The notes under the pieces were generated by a model, which ran no database searches, had not been told where the DNA came from, and worked only from the letters and a program-made list of their open reading frames with translations. Position numbers and translations under genes: made by a program. Shown here piece by piece: positions 61,498 to 64,000 of a DNA stretch of 64,000 nt. The DNA is taken from the sequence record OP870143.1; one strand, 5' to 3'. The stretch comes from Escherichia phage vB_Eco_F22. The number at the start of each line of letters is the position of its first letter. The first letter of the stretch is position 1.

Positions 61498-61577
61498 TTA
61501 GTCATGATATAGAAAAAGTTCATGATACTAAATAGTATGTAATGTTCCGATGACCCTATCCCCAAAAGGAGTAACCT

Positions 61578-61868
61578 TTGAGAATATTTATGAGAGTCCT
61601 CGACTCTAAAGACGAATACAAGGAGCTAGACCATACCAAGGCTGGTATTCTACCGGATGATATTATCATTACACATGATGAAAATACCTACCATGAATTA
61701 GCTGGGATGATGCTGTTAGAGAATCGTCCAGGCATTAAGATCTTAGAACCAAGTGAAACTTATACTTTAGATAAAATGGTTTCCTCTCTTGTGTTCTTTA
61801 CAAAATTACCTCATAGTGTCTCCATCAAACGAAGCAAAGATAGCGTTCGGATGACGGTGACGATGTGA
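61578..61868 (+). CDS. small protein, paralogue family member 1
   Basis: TTG start with AAAGGAG RBS; shares the core IIITHDENTYHELAGMMLLEN...ILEPSETY with the five downstream ORFs. Confidence 0.5.
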   Translation: MRIFMRVLDSKDEYKELDHTKAGILPDDIIITHDENTYHELAGMMLLENRPGIKILEPSETYTLDKMVSSLVFFTKLPHSVSIKRSKDSVRMTVTM

Positions 61869-62016
61869 TTAGTCATACCGCCTAGTAGACAGTGGCGGTA
61901 CTCGTAAAGAGTTAATAACTTCTACAGTCAGGGTTCCCCGGCTCCTTTCCTACTCCGTAGGTCTAACGGTACATAAGTACCTAGGGGGATGAACTGACCC
62001 GTGATTGAAAACGGTA

Positions 62017-62056
62017 AGGGGTAGAGTCGAGAGGCTCTACCCCATTTCTTTTTCTG
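62017..62056 (+). terminator. Rho-independent terminator
   Basis: ggggtagag-tcgagagg-ctctacccc followed by atttctttttctgg. Confidence 0.65.
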
Positions 62057-62069
62057 GAGGCATGCAATT

Positions 62070-62468
62070 ATGAGCATCTACTGTTTTGATATTGATATTA
62101 CCGGTGTACTGCATAAGCAAGAACCCTATCTCCTGGGGGAACCAGAAGCAGTAAGTAAGTTCATTGCCCCGTGGCAATCAGTATTCCTACCTGACTGTGA
62201 AGAATCCCATGAGGTCATTGGTTCTCTTTTCTTATCCAACCTTCAGCTTAACACTGAGATACTTACTGAACCAAAGGTATACGACCTTACCCGCTATGAT
62301 GGATTCAATGAGTTCTTCCCCGGTGTACGCTTCTATAAGATAGACGGTTGGGAATTGATAGCTGACCATAACGTCTTTAATAAAACACTTTCCATTTACT
62401 TCAGACCTATCCCTAAAGGAAGGAGAATCAATCATGAAATTCTTAATGACAGCCCCCAGTTTTGTTAA
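62070..62468 (+). CDS. small protein, paralogue family member 2
   Basis: Core VFLPDCEESHEVIGSLFLSN...ILTEPKVY; 132 aa. Confidence 0.55.
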   Translation: MSIYCFDIDITGVLHKQEPYLLGEPEAVSKFIAPWQSVFLPDCEESHEVIGSLFLSNLQLNTEILTEPKVYDLTRYDGFNEFFPGVRFYKIDGWELIADHNVFNKTLSIYFRPIPKGRRINHEILNDSPQFC

Positions 62469-62748
62469 AGGGGAGTCCATGTACACAACTGACTTCTCTT
62501 TAGAAGAAGTCATGAATAGCAAACCACAGCATGTAATCCTGGTTCCTACCTTAGAGGATTACCATGAAGTAAGAGGTCAACTCTTCCTAGCAGGTAATGA
62601 TCGTAAGGTTGTGTGTATCATTCCTCCTTCCGTCTATATAGATAGTAGTGCTTATGACGCTATACCCTTCATGTTGGTATCCGATGACTACCAATGGGAT
62701 ACCAGTTATGAGAATGAGGAATACCATTACTACTATGTAAGGAAGTAG
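62434..62748 (+). CDS. small protein, paralogue family member 3
   Basis: Strong RBS AAGGAAGGAG; core VILVPTLEDYHEVRGQLFLAGN; 104 aa. Confidence 0.55.
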   Translation: MKFLMTAPSFVKGESMYTTDFSLEEVMNSKPQHVILVPTLEDYHEVRGQLFLAGNDRKVVCIIPPSVYIDSSAYDAIPFMLVSDDYQWDTSYENEEYHYYYVRK

Positions 62749-62751
62749 GTT

Positions 62752-63072
62752 ATGCATCCGTACTGCCTCATTAGTTTTGCCACTACTTGCTATTTATCCC
62801 CATACACACTGGATAATATTCTGGCAGGTAGGGGTAGAGTTACCACTATCTTATACGAGCCAAGTGAAGAAGCAGATGTGTTCGTTGGTACTTGCTTAAT
62901 GTTGGGGCAACCTATCCGATTCGTTAAGATAGAAGATTCCGTAGAAATACCGGAACACACCTCCGTGTACATACTCTCTGAGAATGAACCTATGGTAGCT
63001 ACTACTCTTACAGGGAGACTCATTACCCTATATCCTTCCTCATATTTATCTAGCGACGAGTGTACCAAATGA
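62752..63072 (+). CDS. small protein, paralogue family member 4 (divergent)
   Basis: Core TILYEPSEEADVFVGTCLMLGQ; 106 aa. Confidence 0.5.
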   Translation: MHPYCLISFATTCYLSPYTLDNILAGRGRVTTILYEPSEEADVFVGTCLMLGQPIRFVKIEDSVEIPEHTSVYILSENEPMVATTLTGRLITLYPSSYLSSDECTK

Positions 63073-63407
63073 GTAGAGTGCTATTCCTACATCAATATAC
63101 GGATGAAGTTTCTTTTTACTCTGGGAACGTCACTAAAGCTATTGAGTGGTTATTGCTGCAAGACTGTCATATGCTCATGCTACCGGGTGAGTTAGCAGAT
63201 AGTACTCGTGGTTCTATTCTTCTACTTAATAGTCCAGCCAAGTTAACCATCCTTAATCCAGGAGAATCCATAAAGATACCTGCTGGTGAATCTGCATTCT
63301 TGTTCTTTGAACCAAGGATAGAGGAAGGGTTTGTTGGGCTTACTATAGATAGTAGACCTAATAAAGATTTTAAAAGAGTAAGGATTATATCTCATGAAAC
63401 TTACTAA
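63060..63407 (+). CDS. small protein, paralogue family member 5 (divergent)
   Basis: Core LMLPGELADSTRGSILLLNS; 115 aa; start overlaps previous stop. Confidence 0.5.
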   Translation: MYQMSRVLFLHQYTDEVSFYSGNVTKAIEWLLLQDCHMLMLPGELADSTRGSILLLNSPAKLTILNPGESIKIPAGESAFLFFEPRIEEGFVGLTIDSRPNKDFKRVRIISHETY

Positions 63408-63720
63408 GATAGGTTATGCTGGTGGACCTAACCCCACTATCCATACAACCTTGCAAGACCTTGAACCAAGAAGGCTCACTCCTATTATTCTAGTACCAGA
63501 TGAGCAAACACTACACGAAGTGAAAGGTCTGGCTCTAATACTAGGTAAGAAGGTTATTGTAAAACTACATGAACCAGGAAAGGCATTACCATGGTCCTCT
63601 TCCTTGTACTCCCCCTGGCATGTGAATACGGATAAGTACACTCTTACCTTCATCATGAGTGATACCTTACAATCTCCCCATTTGGTATACGCTCCCTCCT
63701 ATTTAACTGCTTATAAGTGA
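63394..63720 (+). CDS. small protein, paralogue family member 6
   Basis: Core IILVPDEQTLHEVKGLALILGK; 108 aa; start overlaps previous stop. Confidence 0.55.
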   Translation: MKLTKIGYAGGPNPTIHTTLQDLEPRRLTPIILVPDEQTLHEVKGLALILGKKVIVKLHEPGKALPWSSSLYSPWHVNTDKYTLTFIMSDTLQSPHLVYAPSYLTAYK

Positions 63721-63922
63721 GATAGTTATAATATTTTTGCATACCAATTTGGTCATAGCTATGTGTAACTGTAGTGGTGTGGCAGGGGCTACACCCTTAC
63801 ACTCAACCATCCCCCCCGGTATGTTGACCGTGTAGCCACTACCCTACCCCACCTTACACGTTACACGTTGCTCCGCAACCTATGGACATGTCGTCCTATC
63901 ATCAACTATTGGAGCTATCATC

Positions 63923-64000
63923 ATGACTACTACCGCTACTGTACGTATGACCGCAGGAACTTTACTTGGTACTGTTAACTCTGCTGCAACAGTAGTAGCA
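63923..64000 (+). CDS. 5' end of a gene running off the window (partial CDS)
   Basis: ATG at 63923 with GGAG RBS; open to the window end (MTTTATVRMTAGTLLG...). Confidence 0.3.
   Translation, partial: MTTTATVRMTAGTLLGTVNSAATVVA

Noticed and set aside
61407-61577. Minus-strand late promoter in the divergent intergenic region
   Set aside because: No convincing -35/-10 pair on the minus strand by eye; only a weak plus-strand candidate is listed.
62232-63656. Minus-strand ORFs 62232..62522, 62790..63068 and 63414..63656
   Set aside because: They are antisense to the six-gene paralogue array, which has RBSs and a shared conserved core.
1-64000. CRISPR array, integrase/transposase, or prophage attachment features
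   Set aside because: No regularly spaced short direct repeats and no recombinase-like ORFs; the gene content is that of a strictly lytic phage.

Overview
The window reads as most of an N4-like podophage genome (Schitoviridae-type organisation), judged from ORF sizes, motifs and gene order; no database search was possible. Positions 1-28.5 kb carry plus-strand early/middle genes: small membrane and secreted proteins, an Ig-like protein, a MoxR-type AAA ATPase with a VWA/HExxH partner, a dCTP-deaminase-family protein, ThyX, rIIA/rIIB-like proteins, a MazG-like pyrophosphatase, SF1 helicase, family-A DNA polymerase, a Cas4-like nuclease, a primase-like protein, an SSB-like protein and a RuvC-like resolvase. 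Positions 25.0-27.0 kb form a hairpin-dense non-coding island with one cloverleaf tRNA and several tRNA-like elements that I could not fold canonically. Positions 28.5-61.4 kb are a minus-strand late block: a 3615-aa virion RNA polymerase, virion proteins, major capsid, portal, a lysis cassette (SAR-endolysin, holin, embedded spanins), two tail proteins and terminase. Positions 61.5-64 kb carry a plus-strand tandem array of six paralogous small genes, which is the most likely undescribed system here. Other notable points are a near-perfect 441-bp tandem duplication inside a tail gene, a DUF2829/Tad2-like candidate anti-defence gene, and a recurring AAGCCC...GGGCTT terminator family.
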